NCBI RefSeq assembly: GCF_001194135.2
Contig: NC_068983.1
Coordinates: 167,090,795-167,154,794 of the forward strand
Direction of reading: 5' to 3'
Origin: Octopus bimaculoides
Lineage: Eukaryota
Length of the DNA stretch: 64,000 nucleotides
A model generated the notes under the pieces. It was not told the DNA's origin and did no database searches. It saw nothing but the letters and a program-made list of their open reading frames with translations. The position numbers and the translations under genes are program-made. Below, in pieces: positions 22,501 to 36,400 of the stretch; position 1 is the first letter of the stretch, and every line of letters starts with the position of its first letter.

Positions 22501-25500
22501 AGTTGCATCATTTGTTATTTCTGCTAAACAAAAATCTAAAATACAACATTGTTTCTTTGTTTACTTTGGGTTAACGATTTACCAATGCTAAAACCATAAA
22601 TCTTTTCTTTGAGACTAATTGTCACAAAGTAATTCTTTTTGTCAAAACAATTTTCTCTAAACACTGAACCAAACATGAATTTCTAGATTCTTTAAACAGT
22701 GATATCCCCACCACCACCACCACAGCCACCCACCACTGTTTTATTTTTAAATTTCAAGCCCCTTTTTTTCGTAGCCATACTAATCCCAGTCTGGTGGGTG
22801 CAGCAACAAGTCTTTCGGAAAGTCTGTCCTAGATGAAGTATTAATGGTTTCTGAGAGAGGAATGTGTGTCTGTATGTATTGTTATTTATATATATTGGTT
22901 GTAGCCATGACACTCTCAGGATCTGTCGGTAGGAATAAGATGGTGTCTCTTTCTACCTACAGCCTCCTGAGTCACAAGCATCATGGTGCTTGGTGTTTGT
23001 TCATCATAGTCTCAGTGATCTCTGGCATTAATCACTCATTCAGATGGGTGGTTGTTGAGATCAGACACTCTCACATTTCTTTTGACTTGACTGCAATGCT
23101 ATTCTGCTTCACCAGGTCCAACAGAGATGGAAGGCTTGACACAGTAATGCAAAACCAGTGTTTCATTTTGCAATTGAGCCAGATTAAATCTTTTCTGAAT
23201 TGAGCTTGATCTATCTTAGCAAGGCAAACTATGGATCAGTGGCTTTTTTCACAAGATATTCAACTCTATGAACCTCATGCTCAGCTTCTCTCTTGTCTTT
23301 TTGATATCTTAGCTTATTGATCACATAACAAAATCTCTGTTCGTTCTCCTCTGGTCTTTCAGGATTTCCAGCTTGGTTCTCCATTGATATTTTTGCTTCT
23401 CATAAACTCTGTGTCTGCATCTAGTGACCTGATGACGGCCATAGCACTTGACACCCGCACAGCAACCATTGCCATACTCCCAGGCTCCCATATGAACATA
23501 GACAGCACTATTATCTTTCAACAGCTCCATCTGTCAACATTGTTGCTAGCTAGAAACCATTTCATAACATCTCTCAGCCAGACATATTCCATCCATGATA
23601 AAACTGCACTCACTCAAAGCCATTCTAATAGCATTCCATGTTTTTACCAGCAGTATGTGGGTAATATCCTCCAGGGTGTATTTCTTTTGTCTTTTATACA
23701 TTCCACAACTCTGAACAAACATGTAAGATGGTTTCCTACCCATAATGCACCCTAACATCAATGTCTACGTCTCTCATGACCATACCACAGTTCCATCAAA
23801 TATAACAACTCTTCTGATCCAGTTTGCCTAATTTAAAATCCCTCCTTTTAATTACACAATATAAAAGAATAAATTGTCAAAGAATTCAGTCATAAAATCA
23901 CAATCCGTTTGTTGGACAATGGTCATTTGGTATCTTGTCTAATCTGACAGATTATAGGCAGACATTCATTCAATGTAAAATTGAGAAATGGCTATAAAAA
24001 CTCAAGCTTACTAAGTCTTCTTCTGCCTTGTTTAGACACATGATTTGCGAGTAGAATCATTGAGTCCTAAGTGATGATGGTATGTTCATGTTGAATAACA
24101 ACAACAAAAGCTGAAATTGTAAATCTGAGAATTTCAATAAAACATTTGAACATTAAGCATTATACTTACAAAAGCTGTTTCCTCAAGGAAAAACAACTAC
24201 AAACACAACATCAACACTATTTAATAAATTATAAGGTGATATTTTCCTCTTAAATATCATTCTATTTCTATTTAACATTAACTATCTCACTTCAACTACA
24301 TCCCTCTTATATCTATTTCTCGTTTTCTACTTTATGGACATTCCTAATTTTAAGATATATTATTCCTGTGGACTGAACTTCACAATTAATGTTAGTCATG
24401 GCACACAACCACTTCCCTTGCTTCCATTGGCACCACGTAAAAAGGCTCCTGTGCCAGTGCCATGTAAAAGGCTCTCTGTAAAGTGGTTGGCATTAGATTA
24501 GGGAGGGTGTCCAGCCGTAGAAACCATGCCAAAGCAAACAATTGAAACCTGGTACAATTCTCTGGCTTGCCAACTCCTGTCAAACTGTCCAACCCATGCC
24601 AGCATGGAAAACAGACGAGAAATGATGATGATATATTAAGTTACTAAACAAATGATCAATGATTCATATTTCATCTCTGATGCTGCAGAAGAGATTTTTA
24701 GCTTTTACTAGCTCAGTCCATCAAGCTGTAAACATGCACCTTAGGGTCAGCAGAGATGGCCATGAAAAGCAGTAGATTATCTGTATTATAAAGGAGGGTT
24801 TTTATTTTATTTTGCAGTGATGCATTGAAAACAGTGCAGTGTATGTAAAGTGAAACCTCTCTGGTGCATCTTGCAAGTCTGCTAGAGATAGTGGAATCGG
24901 CAGGATTAGAGAATCTCAGAATTTCAGTGTAAAGATAGCACCTATGAGTCAGCAGGAAGCTTTTGTGTATTACTAGAGCTGCTAGAAATAACAGCCAAAT
25001 ATCTACTTTTTCACAATGAATTTGTGTTTGGGATTCATTTACTGCAGAAAAAGTTTTAGAAAAATGTTGGATCATTTTTACCCATTTAGAAAACAGGATT
25101 TTTGTGCATGATGGCTGTGGTATAATGAAAGTAAACATGAGAAGAGCAGGTTTAAAACAAAATGAAAACATTGCATGAGAGTTTATACATAGACAAAGTG
25201 AGTGTCAAAGAGTGTGACAAATATATATACAAAGAGATACATTGATGATTGAGAGTGGGTGATATCGTGTAGAAAATTTATATTGGATTCTTAACTCAAT
25301 TAATGAAATAAATAAAATAATGTTGAATGTGGTCCTAAAAAGTAATGAAATCCGTTGATTGTAGCCCAATCTGGCCACCATAATTGGGATGGTCACGCTT
25401 GAAAGCTTTTGATAAACAGGTTTGTTGAAACTGGGGCTAAACTGAGAACACCAGCAACAAACCAATGGCAGCAAATAAGAACAAGAACAAGAAGATTAAT

Positions 25501-26103
25501 AGCAAGTTGAAATCTATTTTCCAGGTGGATGAATAAATATAATTTTTTTTCTAAAAGATGTATTTCCTTTTACTTCTTTCCATTTTGTCTTTATGTTCCA
25601 TTGATTTCAAAGTATTTTGCTTCATGGTGTGTTTCACTTGGCCGGAAGTAGTGTTCTCTTGTCAGATGACAACAGAACAATTAAGTGACCACTGCCACTG
25701 CCGCTACCACCACCACCACCACCACCGCCGCCGCCACTGCCACCACCACCTCCACCGCCACCTCCACCAGACAAAGAACGATTATATAGAATATTTAATA
25801 CATAACCATCATCACCATTTAATGTTAGCTGGTTTGAGAGGAGCTGGCAAGGCCGAGAGCTCTGATTGTCTGCTTTGGCTTGGATTCTACAGCTGGATGC
25901 CCTTCCTAATGCCGACCACTTTACAGAGTGGTACTGGGTGCTTTTTACGTGGTACCAGTACCTGCAGAGTGATCAGAGTATTGAGGAAGGTGGGTTCCGT
26001 GCCAGTTGATGAGAGGCTAAAGTATGATTGAGGGACAGAGAGAAGTGTCTTGCTGAAGAGGAGACATGTGGTTACTCCAGTCTGAAAAGAAAGGAGGGAG
26101 AGA

Positions 26104-26140
<37 letters not shown>

Positions 26141-26584
26141 AAGCAAGAGGAGACAGAGATGTTGGTGGTGGAGATGTGTCAGGACATAGCCTGAAGGTAG
26201 AGTGGGGGAGGAGTGAAATGGGTAGAAGGGAATTGGACAGGGTGAGTGGATGGGGGGTGGGGGTGGGGAAGTTTCATAAGACTGTAAGGAAAGATGGTCA
26301 GAGACTATATAATATTTCAGACACGGAATAAGAAGCTCTTTTAATGCTGAACCATTTTGTTTAAAGCCATTTAAACTTGAGTAGCTTGTCTCTAAATGCC
26401 AAATATATGATGCAGCCCCCCCCCCCCACACAACTACAGTTTAAGTAGAAGGATAACTTAACAAAGACTTGGAGGGTGGGGGGTTAAAGAAGCAGAAGGT
26501 GTACATAGCCATGTATGTGTGTGTGTGTGTGTGTGTGTGTATGCATATATTTATATAGCATTTATATTAATACTAATTGTAGGG

Positions 26585-26770
26585 TGGGGAGCTGGCAGAA
26601 TCGTTAGCACGCCAGGTATAATAATGCTTTGTGGCATTTTGTCTGTGTTTATATTCTCAATTCAAATTCCGCCACAGTTGACTCAGTCGAGTACTGGGGG
26701 CCAATGTAACCAACTTCCACCCCCACCCCTCTCCACCTCCAAATTACTGGCCAAAATTTGAAACCAATCT
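26585..26770 (+). mobile_element. SINE family C
   Basis: GAGCTGGCAGAATCGTTAGCAC..TTCAAATTCC..CCAAAATTTGAAACC. Further copies lie near 1500-1625, 29400-29575 (-), 39030-39240, 49880-50070 and 60720-60900 (-). Confidence 0.8.
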
Positions 26771-26854
26771 TAATACTGAATACTTAATCATGGTGGCGAA
26801 AGTGCAGTTCCCAAGTTATCCATTATTTGACAGGAAACACTCTAGTACGCATGC

Positions 26855-26906
<52 letters not shown>

Positions 26907-27185
26907 CCCAGACACACAACACCGGGAATGAAAAAGTGTCAAACCTTACTCCTGTTTATAAAAGTTGAAATCTAAAACTATTTGTTGTGCTGATGTGAGT
27001 GATTTGCGTCATTGGTCACCAAGGCCTACATCTTAGAGATGATTAGCGTCTTTGATCACAGATTGATATCTTATAGATTATGTTTGATAGATTATAGATT
27101 TTAGTGTTTCATGATGAGAATATATACAAACAAAAGGATTGTGTGTGTGTGCGTGTGTGTGTCCCAATTAACAGAGGCTCAAGCA

Positions 27186-27237
<52 letters not shown>

Positions 27238-27239
<2 letters not shown>

Positions 27240-27362
27240 GGGAATTTCTGCCAACCAAATTCAGTCATGATGCTTTGGTCGACATGAGGGTATAACAGAA
27301 GACACTTGTCCAAGATGTCACACAGTGAGACTGAACCTGAAACCACATGGTTGGGAAGCAAG
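27238..27362 (-). mobile_element. SINE family B, 5' half
   Basis: Reverse complement of TTGCTTCCCAACCACATGG..GACAAGTGTCTTCT. Confidence 0.75.
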
Positions 27363-28264
27363 CACACACACACACACACACGTGCATCCACCCCACCCCT
27401 CCTCACAGATTAACTAATTGACCAGCAGCTGTATACAGGGTGCAGCCAACCCCCCCCCCTTATTCACCATTCTTTGTTAAACATTTTAACAAAACATCAC
27501 ACAATATGCATCAATCCAAACCATCATTAATAATAATAATAATAAAAGATGGTAAAACATTAGCCACATAAAGACATCCTCATCACCTGCTTAGCTTCCT
27601 TGGTGCCACACGAGTGGCTGTGGAAAATATGGGAGGTTTTTCTGTCGCACCCCAAACAACACTTCAGTTAGCTCAGTCGTTTTCTTGAACAACACAATAT
27701 CACTCTCTCTCTCTCCCTCTCACCCTCTCCCTCCCTCTTTTTCTCTATTTTTAAATTTCCAATGTTAAAGAAGGAAATGATGCAGAATTCCTCCAAAAAG
27801 GTTTTGAATTTACATTTCAGTCAGAAGGGGTCACTTTCCTCACCTGTTTATGTCTGTGCTGTACTAAGTAACCCGGCCTTTAACATATATCATTTAACAA
27901 TGAGTGATTTGTGCATGTGAGTTTTAAGGGGAGGGGCCAGTTAAATGATCAATGAAGAAAAGGAGTAAGGTATATATGTAAGGGGAACGGTAGAGGGGAC
28001 AGTAAGGGAACAGAAAGAAGTGTGTGTTTGGAGAATGAGGTGAGGTAAATGGGGGTGGTGAAGTACATGTATCTCTTACTGCAGACATCTTGGATGGAAT
28101 TTCATAGCAACTGAACTGTTTAATAGAGGGGGCCCTATCTGGTATCAGTTTTGTAACAGTACACACACACGCTCTTGTATATTGGGAATACATGTATGTT
28201 CACTTCATTTGTCTTTATAACTTCACATGCGCACATCTACATATATACATATCCATATGTACAT

Positions 28265-28303
<39 letters not shown>

Positions 28304-28580
28304 CATATATATATATATATATAGGTCATCTCACTAACTGACCTTATACCCACAAATAGACACTAATGAGTTCTTCTCTCTTCGATACACACACACACAC
28401 ACACACACACACTATCTATGTACTCTTACTTCTACCACCAACATAACTCTCTCTATATCTCTCTTTGGAAGCAAATATCACCATCTCAGCCTTGCTCTTT
28501 TCACAATATTGTTTTTATCTTCCTCTTTCACACATTTAGAGAATGTATGCTTGATCCTGTCAAATTGATGAGTACTGCAC

Positions 28581-28617
<37 letters not shown>

Positions 28618-28717
28618 CATATATACATACGTGTGCATGTATATATATTTATAATCATAATTTCATTTCATTTCAAAGTTTCAGCTCAGAGCTGCGGCCA
28701 TGCTGATGCACCACCGT

Positions 28718-28753
<36 letters not shown>

Positions 28754-28849
28754 GTAATAATAATAATAATAATAATACTGTTAAGAAGAAAAAGAAAATG
28801 CAATATAATAGTGTCGATCAATTTCATACCAGAAGTTGAGACAGCTAGC

Positions 28850-28988
28850 TAGCTAGCTAGATAGATAGATAGATAGACAGACAGACTGACAGCTAGACAA
28901 ACAGACAAAAAGACAGATAGATAGGCAGACTGATAGACAGACAGATAGATAGATAGGTAGATAGATAGATAGGCAGAGACACAGACAG

Positions 28989-29031
<43 letters not shown>

Positions 29032-29045
29032 TAGATAGACAGATA
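28850..29045. repeat. (GATA)n/(GACA)n/(CA)n compound microsatellite
   Basis: Seen directly in the sequence. Confidence 0.95.
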
Positions 29046-29603
29046 GATAAAGGTATACCCCCCACCATACACCTATTATTGTTTTGTATATTAAAGTAGC
29101 AGTAAGTAAGCAAGGTCATCATGCAAGTAAATTCTTGACGTAAGCAAGTTTCAAGAGAGCTGACAGCCGTCTCTATTTGCCACTCATTTTAATAAGATTC
29201 CTCCAAAACACTCTACAACATTCATGTTTGACATTTAACCACGATATCTTCTTATCATTCGGTTTCAATAATTCTGAAGAAGTAGAAACAGTATTCTGAG
29301 AACAGCGGCGTAAGCAGTGGATCTAACTTTTGGTTTTCTAATAATAATAATAATAACAATAATAATAATAATAATACGAGGAAGAGGAGTCTGCACTCTG
29401 CCAGTCACCACAGATATAAGAACACAGTGCCAGGCACACATCCCGAAAACATGAAGGTGTTCCAGGAGGCAAAGTGAACCTCATTGGGATTTGAACTCAG
29501 AGTGTAAGGAGCTGGAAGAAATGCCACTGAGCATTTTGCCTGGCATGCTAACAATTCTGCCAGCTCACCGCCTTAGTAATAATAGTAATAATAATAATAA
29601 ATG

Positions 29604-29662
<59 letters not shown>

Positions 29663-29689
29663 TGGACAACACTACTGACAGTGACAGAG

Positions 29690-30150
29690 CCAACTATGTG
29701 AAGTACAGAATAGATAACACTAGCGATAGTGACAAGTGCAGAATGTGTGGAGAGAGGGACGAAACGGTGTGGCACATTGTTAGCAAATCCCTGAAAAGGG
29801 CACAACACAAATACTAAAGATACCATGACATTGTCAGAAGAACGAAGCATTGGGGTCTCTGTGGAAATCACAGCCTACAAAGAGCAAAGATGTGGTATGA
29901 GAAAATCCGAGAAGGAGTCACCAAGAATGAGAATTGCAAAATCTTGTGGGATGCAATGATTGAGTGCAATCACCTGAACAGACATTGGAAACCAAGCATC
30001 GTTGTGGTGAATAAAAAAGAAAGAACATGCTTGGCAATTGACATAGCATGCCCAGGTGAAAACAGGATCAATGAGAAAGAAGAAGAAGAAATAAACGATT
30101 ATGATGCTTTGAAGTGGGAAATACGAAGGTTGTGGTCAACGAGGAGAGAA
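29690..30150 (+). mobile_element. R4/Dong-like fragment: CCHC zinc knuckle plus REL endonuclease
   Basis: DKCRMCGERDETVWHIVS..RYHDIV..WYEKIREGVTKNENCKILWD..KPSIVVVNKKERTCLAIDIACP..YDALKWEIRRLW, preceded by a (TAA)n(GAT)n array. Confidence 0.9.
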
Positions 30151-30349
30151 GATATGAAGTTTCAGCGCTCGACTACCGACATAGCTGAAAAAGATCAGGG
30201 CAAGAATTCTTCGTAAGGTTCTTGAAGCATGACCGGTAAACAAGAGTCACCTAAGTCTGCTGCCTGTAGACAGCAGACATTTTCCATCATACCCAGCAAA
30301 ATAAGCTATGAATTTTCATCAAATAAGAATAATAATAATAATAATAATA

Positions 30350-30570
30350 ATAATGGTTTCAAATTTTGCCACAAGGGCAGCAATTTTGGGGGAGGGGATG
30401 AGTCGATTACATCAACCCCAGTATTCAACTGGTACTTATTTTATCGACCCCGAAAGGATGAAAGGTAAAAGTTGACCTTGGTGGAATTTGAACTCAGAAT
30501 GGACTGACGAGCGAAATACCAGAAAGCATTTTGTCCAGTGTGCTAAGGATTCTTCCAGCTCACCACCCTC
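30350..30570 (-). mobile_element. SINE family C, well-preserved copy
   Basis: The minus strand reads GGTGAGCTGGAAGAATCCTTAGCAC..CTGAGTTCAAATTCC..GGGGTCGATAAAATAAGTACCAG..AAATTTGAAACC(ATT)n. Confidence 0.85.
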
Positions 30571-30594
30571 AAGAAGTTGCCAGCAGCCAGAGGA

Positions 30595-30595
<1 letters not shown>

Positions 30596-30656
<61 letters not shown>

Positions 30657-30657
30657 A

Positions 30658-30742
<85 letters not shown>
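30596..30742. repeat. Compound (GAT)n(AAT)n microsatellite
   Basis: Seen directly in the sequence. Confidence 0.95.
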
Positions 30743-30746
<4 letters not shown>

Positions 30747-31037
30747 CCCCAAAATGGCTGAAGTTCAAAAGATAGTGCTCATGGGAACTGCCCATATCCT
30801 ACGTAAAATACTGTCTATGTGATCTCAAATTTTAAAGCAAACACATAATTTTCTTATGGTTTCTTAAACATTCACTTGAACAAAACTGTACAAATACAAA
30901 TATATGGTACCCTAGGCATAACACCTACATGAACTTCTAACTTGTTGTCACTTGAGGTCTCTGGGTGAGACTTGGATCCAACTTGTACAAATGCAAAACA
31001 AAAGTCAAACATAAAATAATAATAATAATAATAATAA
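30743..31037 (+). mobile_element. R4/Dong-like 3' stub embedded in (AAT)n
   Basis: PKMAEVQKIVLMGTAHILRKILSM* plus ~190 nt of 3' UTR, with (AAT)n immediately on both sides. Confidence 0.85.
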
Positions 31038-31039
31038 AC

Positions 31040-31480
31040 TGATAAGAGCATCCCTTATAATCACAATATTGTGGCAAAAGAATTTGACAAACTCAGGAAG
31101 TATAAAGCTTTGTTCCTTAAAGTAAAAAAAAGGTGGCATTCCAAGGCAGTTACAATAGCAATGATTGCTGGAACACTTTGAACGATCAAAAAAGGAATTG
31201 AAAATTATTTGAATGTGATCCTTGACTTATTGTTCCTGCAAGAAGTGTAAAGGATTGCTTTTAACTTGTACGTCACATTTATTAAGAAGAACATTGGCGC
31301 TGTGAGAATGATTACAACCCATGTAAATAATTTTTTTTACATGACTTTATTTTTTAAATGAAGAATCTGGTGTCTTTATTTTATTGGCCAGTCAATGTAT
31401 ACAGTGAGCTTCATTGCCCTAGGTGTTGGGAAGACACTCAGCAAGAAATGGAAACAAAATTGAAGGAAGAAGAAATGCAA
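31040..31480 (+). mobile_element. Second R4/Dong-like 3' fragment (different subfamily)
   Basis: IVAKEFDKLRKYKALFLKVKKRWHSKAVTIAMIAGTL*TIKKGIENYL resembles the REL C-terminus. Confidence 0.65.
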
Positions 31481-31499
31481 CAACAACAACAACTATAAT

Positions 31500-31720
31500 A
31501 ATGGTTTCAAATTTTGTCACAAGTCCAGCAACTTTGGGGAAAGTGATTAAGTTGATGAAATCAATCCCAGGATTAAATTGGTACTTAATTTATTAACCCT
31601 TAAATGTTGAAAGACAAAGTCAATCTTGGCAGCCTTTGAACTCAGAATATAAAGAGCTGGAAGAAATGCTGCTAAGCATTGTGTTTGATGTGCTAACAAT
31701 CCTGCTAGCTTGCTACCTCA
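31500..31720 (-). mobile_element. SINE family C
   Basis: It matches 30350-30570. Confidence 0.75.
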
Positions 31721-31969
31721 ACAGCAACAGCAACAATAATAGTGGTTTCTAATTTTGCCTTATGTATGTCGCATGCTAATTTCTCCAATTAAAACCAAGT
31801 CTCATATGATGTGCTTTATACATGAGTAAATATGGTAACCTAATAAAATCTATTTTAAATTGATGTTTAACCAAAAACTCTTCATGAAATTGTGAAGAAT
31901 CTGGGGATGTAAACAGTGGTAAAAATTCCTGGAACAAAACAATTTGTCTGCAACAAGAAGTATTTCAGA

Positions 31970-32215
31970 TGCAACAAAAAATAAAGAACTGGAAGATACC
32001 AAAGTGTCACACAATCCCAAACGTCTGGTTTAAAATGTTTAACAGAGACATAAAAGGATTTGGCAAAAGTGTTTCATGAGACTCAGCTGGATTCAGAGAC
32101 AAAATATTGACTGATTCCCTGCAAGGAAAAACCGTTTTAATCCACAATAATAAAGAAACAGCAAAACCTAAAACCTAGCGACCAATACCTGCCTACCTAT
32201 AACTTTCTGCTGTCA
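31970..32215 (+). mobile_element. R4/Dong-like RT N-terminal fragment
   Basis: KIKNWKIPKCHTIPNVWFK and QGKTVLIHNNKETAKPKT*RPI correspond to the KAPGPDGI / YRPI region. Confidence 0.65.
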
Positions 32216-32754
32216 TAGGAGAGTAACTGAATATACCGATTCTTCTGTCCCTCTCCTAAAAAATGTGAGTAACCATGTAGCTCTACCACAAGAATCTGCT
32301 TTGCCCACCTGTCTCTCATACTGCATCCCTTCAAACTCCAGCATAAATCTGTTCTCTCTCTCTCTCTCTCTCCCTTGGAGGTTTGCAGTTTTGTGAGTTG
32401 CATGGCAACCTCAATAGTACTGGCAGCATGAAGAAAAAGCACCGATGCACTGTGGAAAGTGGCAGGGTATCCTCCACCCATAGAAATCAAAGCGGACAAC
32501 GTTGGAGGATGATGCAGTTGTTGGATTCATCGAATCCTATCAATCTCTCCAACCAATGACGTCAGCACAGGAAAGAAGCATTAAATGATGAAGATGATGA
32601 TGACGATGACGATAGAAAAATAAAATGAAAAAATTGTTTCCAGAAGAATAGAAAGCATAATGCAAAACATCACCTGGCAGGTAGAGCAAAGCAATTAAGC
32701 CATAAACACATCCTTGAAGAGCAAGAAGGAAAGGTGAGAACATGGATTGATTAC

Positions 32755-32876
32755 CTGAAGGTTTTTGGATACAATTCCCTTCATGAGGATTTTATGAAGA
32801 CTAACTATGAATGTGATGGCGCCAATAATAAAAAGGTACATGAAACACATCGAGAGTAAATGGCACATAATTTTTG
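32755..32876 (-). CDS. Exon candidate encoding a hydrophobic, transmembrane-like segment; unidentified gene
   Basis: Acceptor CTCTTTTATTTCCATCTGCAG| and donor CAG|GTAATC. The 122-nt exon has a single open frame: KIMCHLLSMCFMYLFIIGAITFIVSLHKILMKGIVSKNLQ (phase 0 out). Confidence 0.45.
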
Positions 32877-33582
32877 CTGCAGATGGAAATAAAAGAGTGT
32901 AGTGATGATGGTGGTGGTGGTGGTGGTGGCAGTAATGGTGTGTGTGTGTGTGTGTTAAGGTTGTGGTGGTGTAATCTACATTATCCTCATTAACCTCATT
33001 AAAATCATAATAATTTTACTCTCATCATCACAAACCACCATCAGCATCATCACACCATTTTGGAAACATTACTTCCAAACAACAACAAACACCATTTTGT
33101 AGAATCTTCATCATCCACTGCCTCACCACCACCACCACCACCACCACTACCACCACCACCACCACCACACACTCCCCCACCAAATTCTATCTTTTAAAAC
33201 AGATACTACGGTTGGTCACAGTTTTCCCAAGAAGAATAGCAAATTGTTGCGTTGTCAGCTTTTACAGATTGGATTAGAAGAGAAAGTAAATATCTCTCTG
33301 CTTATTGACACAGAAATCTGTCAATAATCCAATAATCCAATCAAAGATATATTTGCTGTTTGTCTTTTACTGCTACTTCATTTCCACCTTCACACACACA
33401 TTTGCTAAATTAGTTGGCACTAACAATGGTAAAAAGCAATTCTGTTAAACAACAACAACAAGCTTGGTTAAATATCCTTTTATTGGAATTTGAAGAAAAC
33501 AGCTGAAATTTGCTAATTTTTTTGAAGTTCTCCAAAAGTTATTTTTCTGGAGCAGAATTGCTGTGGCGTTTGTTACATACTC

Positions 33583-33622
<40 letters not shown>

Positions 33623-34149
33623 CACACACACACACACACACGTATGCACGTGCACACACAAGTACTCACAGATGTGCACACTCACACATATTCACTCACT
33701 CATGTACACACACTCACCCACATGTGCACACACACCTACATACACTCACACTGACACATGCACAAACATGCACTCTCACCCACCCGCACATACACTAAAC
33801 AACACCTCCTTCACCAACATATTGCTTACAGCCAATAACCCTAACCCTTGTGCCTCGTCCCCGCTCCATCTGTGCCATTTCCCCAATGGAATCATTCTTG
33901 TGTAAATAAACAGATTTACATAACAAAACAGATTAGCATAATAAATGGTGTGATGTAAATGCGTAATAAACAAGTCGTATCGATATATATGGTGTGGCAC
34001 AGGTGCAGACATAGCCATGGGGTCAGTTAACAAGCTTGGGTTCAATCCCATTGCACAACACCTTTGTGTGTCTTCTGCCATAGCCTCAGGTCAAGTGGAT
34101 GTGATAGACAGAAACTGTAAGAAGCTTGTTGTTTGTTTCTATTTGTCGA

Positions 34150-34480
34150 AAGCGTACAACTTGGTGGTGATGCTATTCAGCTCAGGTTTGTATGGTTGTG
34201 ACCACAATACCCAGGCTACGTGCTGTGTCCTTCAGCAACACACTTCATTTTATGTTGCTCCAGTTTATTCAGTTGGCCAAAATGAGTTGTACCTGTATTT
34301 CAAAGGGCCAGCTTTGTTATGTTCTGTTCTCCCTGTGAACTACATTAAGGGTACTCATGCTTACCCACTTTCACCCTAATTTCATAAGCAGTCTGTTCCA
34401 TTGATTGGATCAGCCGGAACCCTCATCGTTGAACCTTCATCACTAATTTCACGAGCTGGATGTATCAATTGGATCCCTCA
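34150..34480 (+). mobile_element. SINE family A variant
   Basis: It is collinear with 8694-8990. Confidence 0.65.
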
Positions 34481-35319
34481 TCATTGTCTTCATATCTTGA
34501 GGTGATTGTAAACGAGTCTCCCTGTCATACAAGCAATATTATTCATTTCCTATCTTCCATGTACACCATGTCTAGTTTGTGCAAAAATATTATCTTGTTT
34601 GGAAACAGGTGAAGGTTGGTGACAGAAAGAGCATTCAGCCATAGAAAATCTGCCACAATAAATTCTGTCTGACTAATGTATGCATAAAAATGTGGACATT
34701 AAACAATGGTCGTCTTTCTGTTCCTAATAAAAGAGCTTCTTCTGGGCAAGGTGGGGTTCATAAGAGAATCGAAGTTGTGATGTGCCAGTTGTTGATTACA
34801 GGCTTATGTTAAGGTGAGTTTGGAATCTAAGCAATCTTTAATGCAAATATAATTACTAATTGATTATTTAATTATAACAAGGCAACAGCAATATATTTAA
34901 GTAATAAAAATTAAACTGATTACTCTTAGTGATTTGAATGTTAGAAAACCCCCACAGTGGAGTTAAATGTGGTCATTAAGAATATATAAGGTTCAGTTAA
35001 CATTAATGTAGGATTAAGCAAACAAGGGAGGTAACTTCCAGCATTTCTGTTTCAATAGGCCTCATCAGAGGAAACATGAATTTGTTGGCATTGCAGAAAA
35101 TAAACTGTTGTATATAAGAGTTATAAAGCAACAACATGGAGTCATCGAAGGGAAAATGAGATTGATTAATTATCTAATTATAAGTGGGGTGGATAATCAT
35201 GTTTTTAAATAAGAAAAAGGGTGAAATAAAAAATTTCCAGTGTTTTACGTAGAGTAAAATACAGCAGTAAAGGAAACTAACCTAATGGGATATTATAGTT
35301 ATTAATATTGGTCCCGAAT

Positions 35320-35525
35320 GTTGGCAGAAGACTAGCAATTTCAGGGGAGGGGGTTAAGGTGATTACATCAACGCCAGTACTCAACTGGTGCTTACTTTAT
35401 CAACCCCAAAAGAATGACAGGCAAAGTCAACCTTGGCAGTATTTGAACTCAGAATGTAAAGACAGATGAAAGCATTTCGCCTCTCATGCAAAGCATGCTA
35501 ACTATTCTGTCTGTTCACTGCCTAA
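35320..35525 (-). mobile_element. SINE family C
   Basis: It matches 30350-30570. Confidence 0.75.
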
Positions 35526-35732
35526 TTATGGCAATTATCTCTGATCGGAAAGTGTCTGGACTTTTATTATAATTTCCTTATTAGGGGACAGTTGCACAAT
35601 GCTTTTGAATGAAACCTTTTCTGGAATCCAGGACCTTGAGCTTCATGGACGAAATAACAGTCCTAACATGGCTGGCAATATGCATTCCTTCAGAAGACTT
35701 GCTTATGTTAGTGGAACTGAGTTATATTAGAG

Positions 35733-35816
<84 letters not shown>

Positions 35817-36309
35817 ACAACTGGGATATTTGGTCAATTTCTTTCCCCTTCAACTCACCCGCACCTCACTCCCCATCACCTCCCTCACTAAAGCTCTTAC
35901 TTTATATCCTTTTCCTAACAACTCATAATCACTTCATTATTCGTTCTCCATCCATTAACACTGTTCCCTCCAACCACACCTTCATTGATCACTCCCACCT
36001 GCCCCACTCTGCCACCAAATTGTCTCTCTTCTCCCCCTCTTCATACTCTCTGCCTGCCCCTCTCTCTCTCTTCCCCATGCATTCCTGCAACTCACCCCAC
36101 AACACACCAGCCTCTCTCCTTCATTCTTCTCTTTTGCATCATTTCCCTTTCACTGCTCCATTTTATCAGGGCTCAGTTTTGCTTTTATCCTTTCAGGGTT
36201 GACCAAATAAGTACCAGTCAAGTACTGAGATCAATACAATCAAATTGCACCCCCCTCCCCATTCGAAATTGCTGGCCTCGAGCCTTTATTATTATCATTA
36301 TTATCATCC

Positions 36310-36400
36310 AGTAGTTTTATTTTTATAACGTGCTTTCACTTCACTACCGAGCGCAGCTCTGTGTGCCTTGGGTATGTGCTGTGGTTTGCTGTGGTGCTCT
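36310..36400 (-). mobile_element. R4/Dong-like 3' UTR-only stub between (ATT)n arrays
   Basis: GTGCTTTCACT..GGGTATGTGCTGTGGTTTGCTGTG.TGCTCTT is nearly identical to 21230-21290. Confidence 0.75.

Noticed and set aside
22950-23800. GC-richer tract with several 70-120 aa ORFs, probably a TE relic
   Set aside because: No RT, transposase or host motif could be recognised in any frame.
23900-24200. Small minus-strand exon candidates (e.g. 24170-24196, 27 nt, with a GTAAGT donor)
   Set aside because: They are too short to distinguish from chance splice-like motifs.
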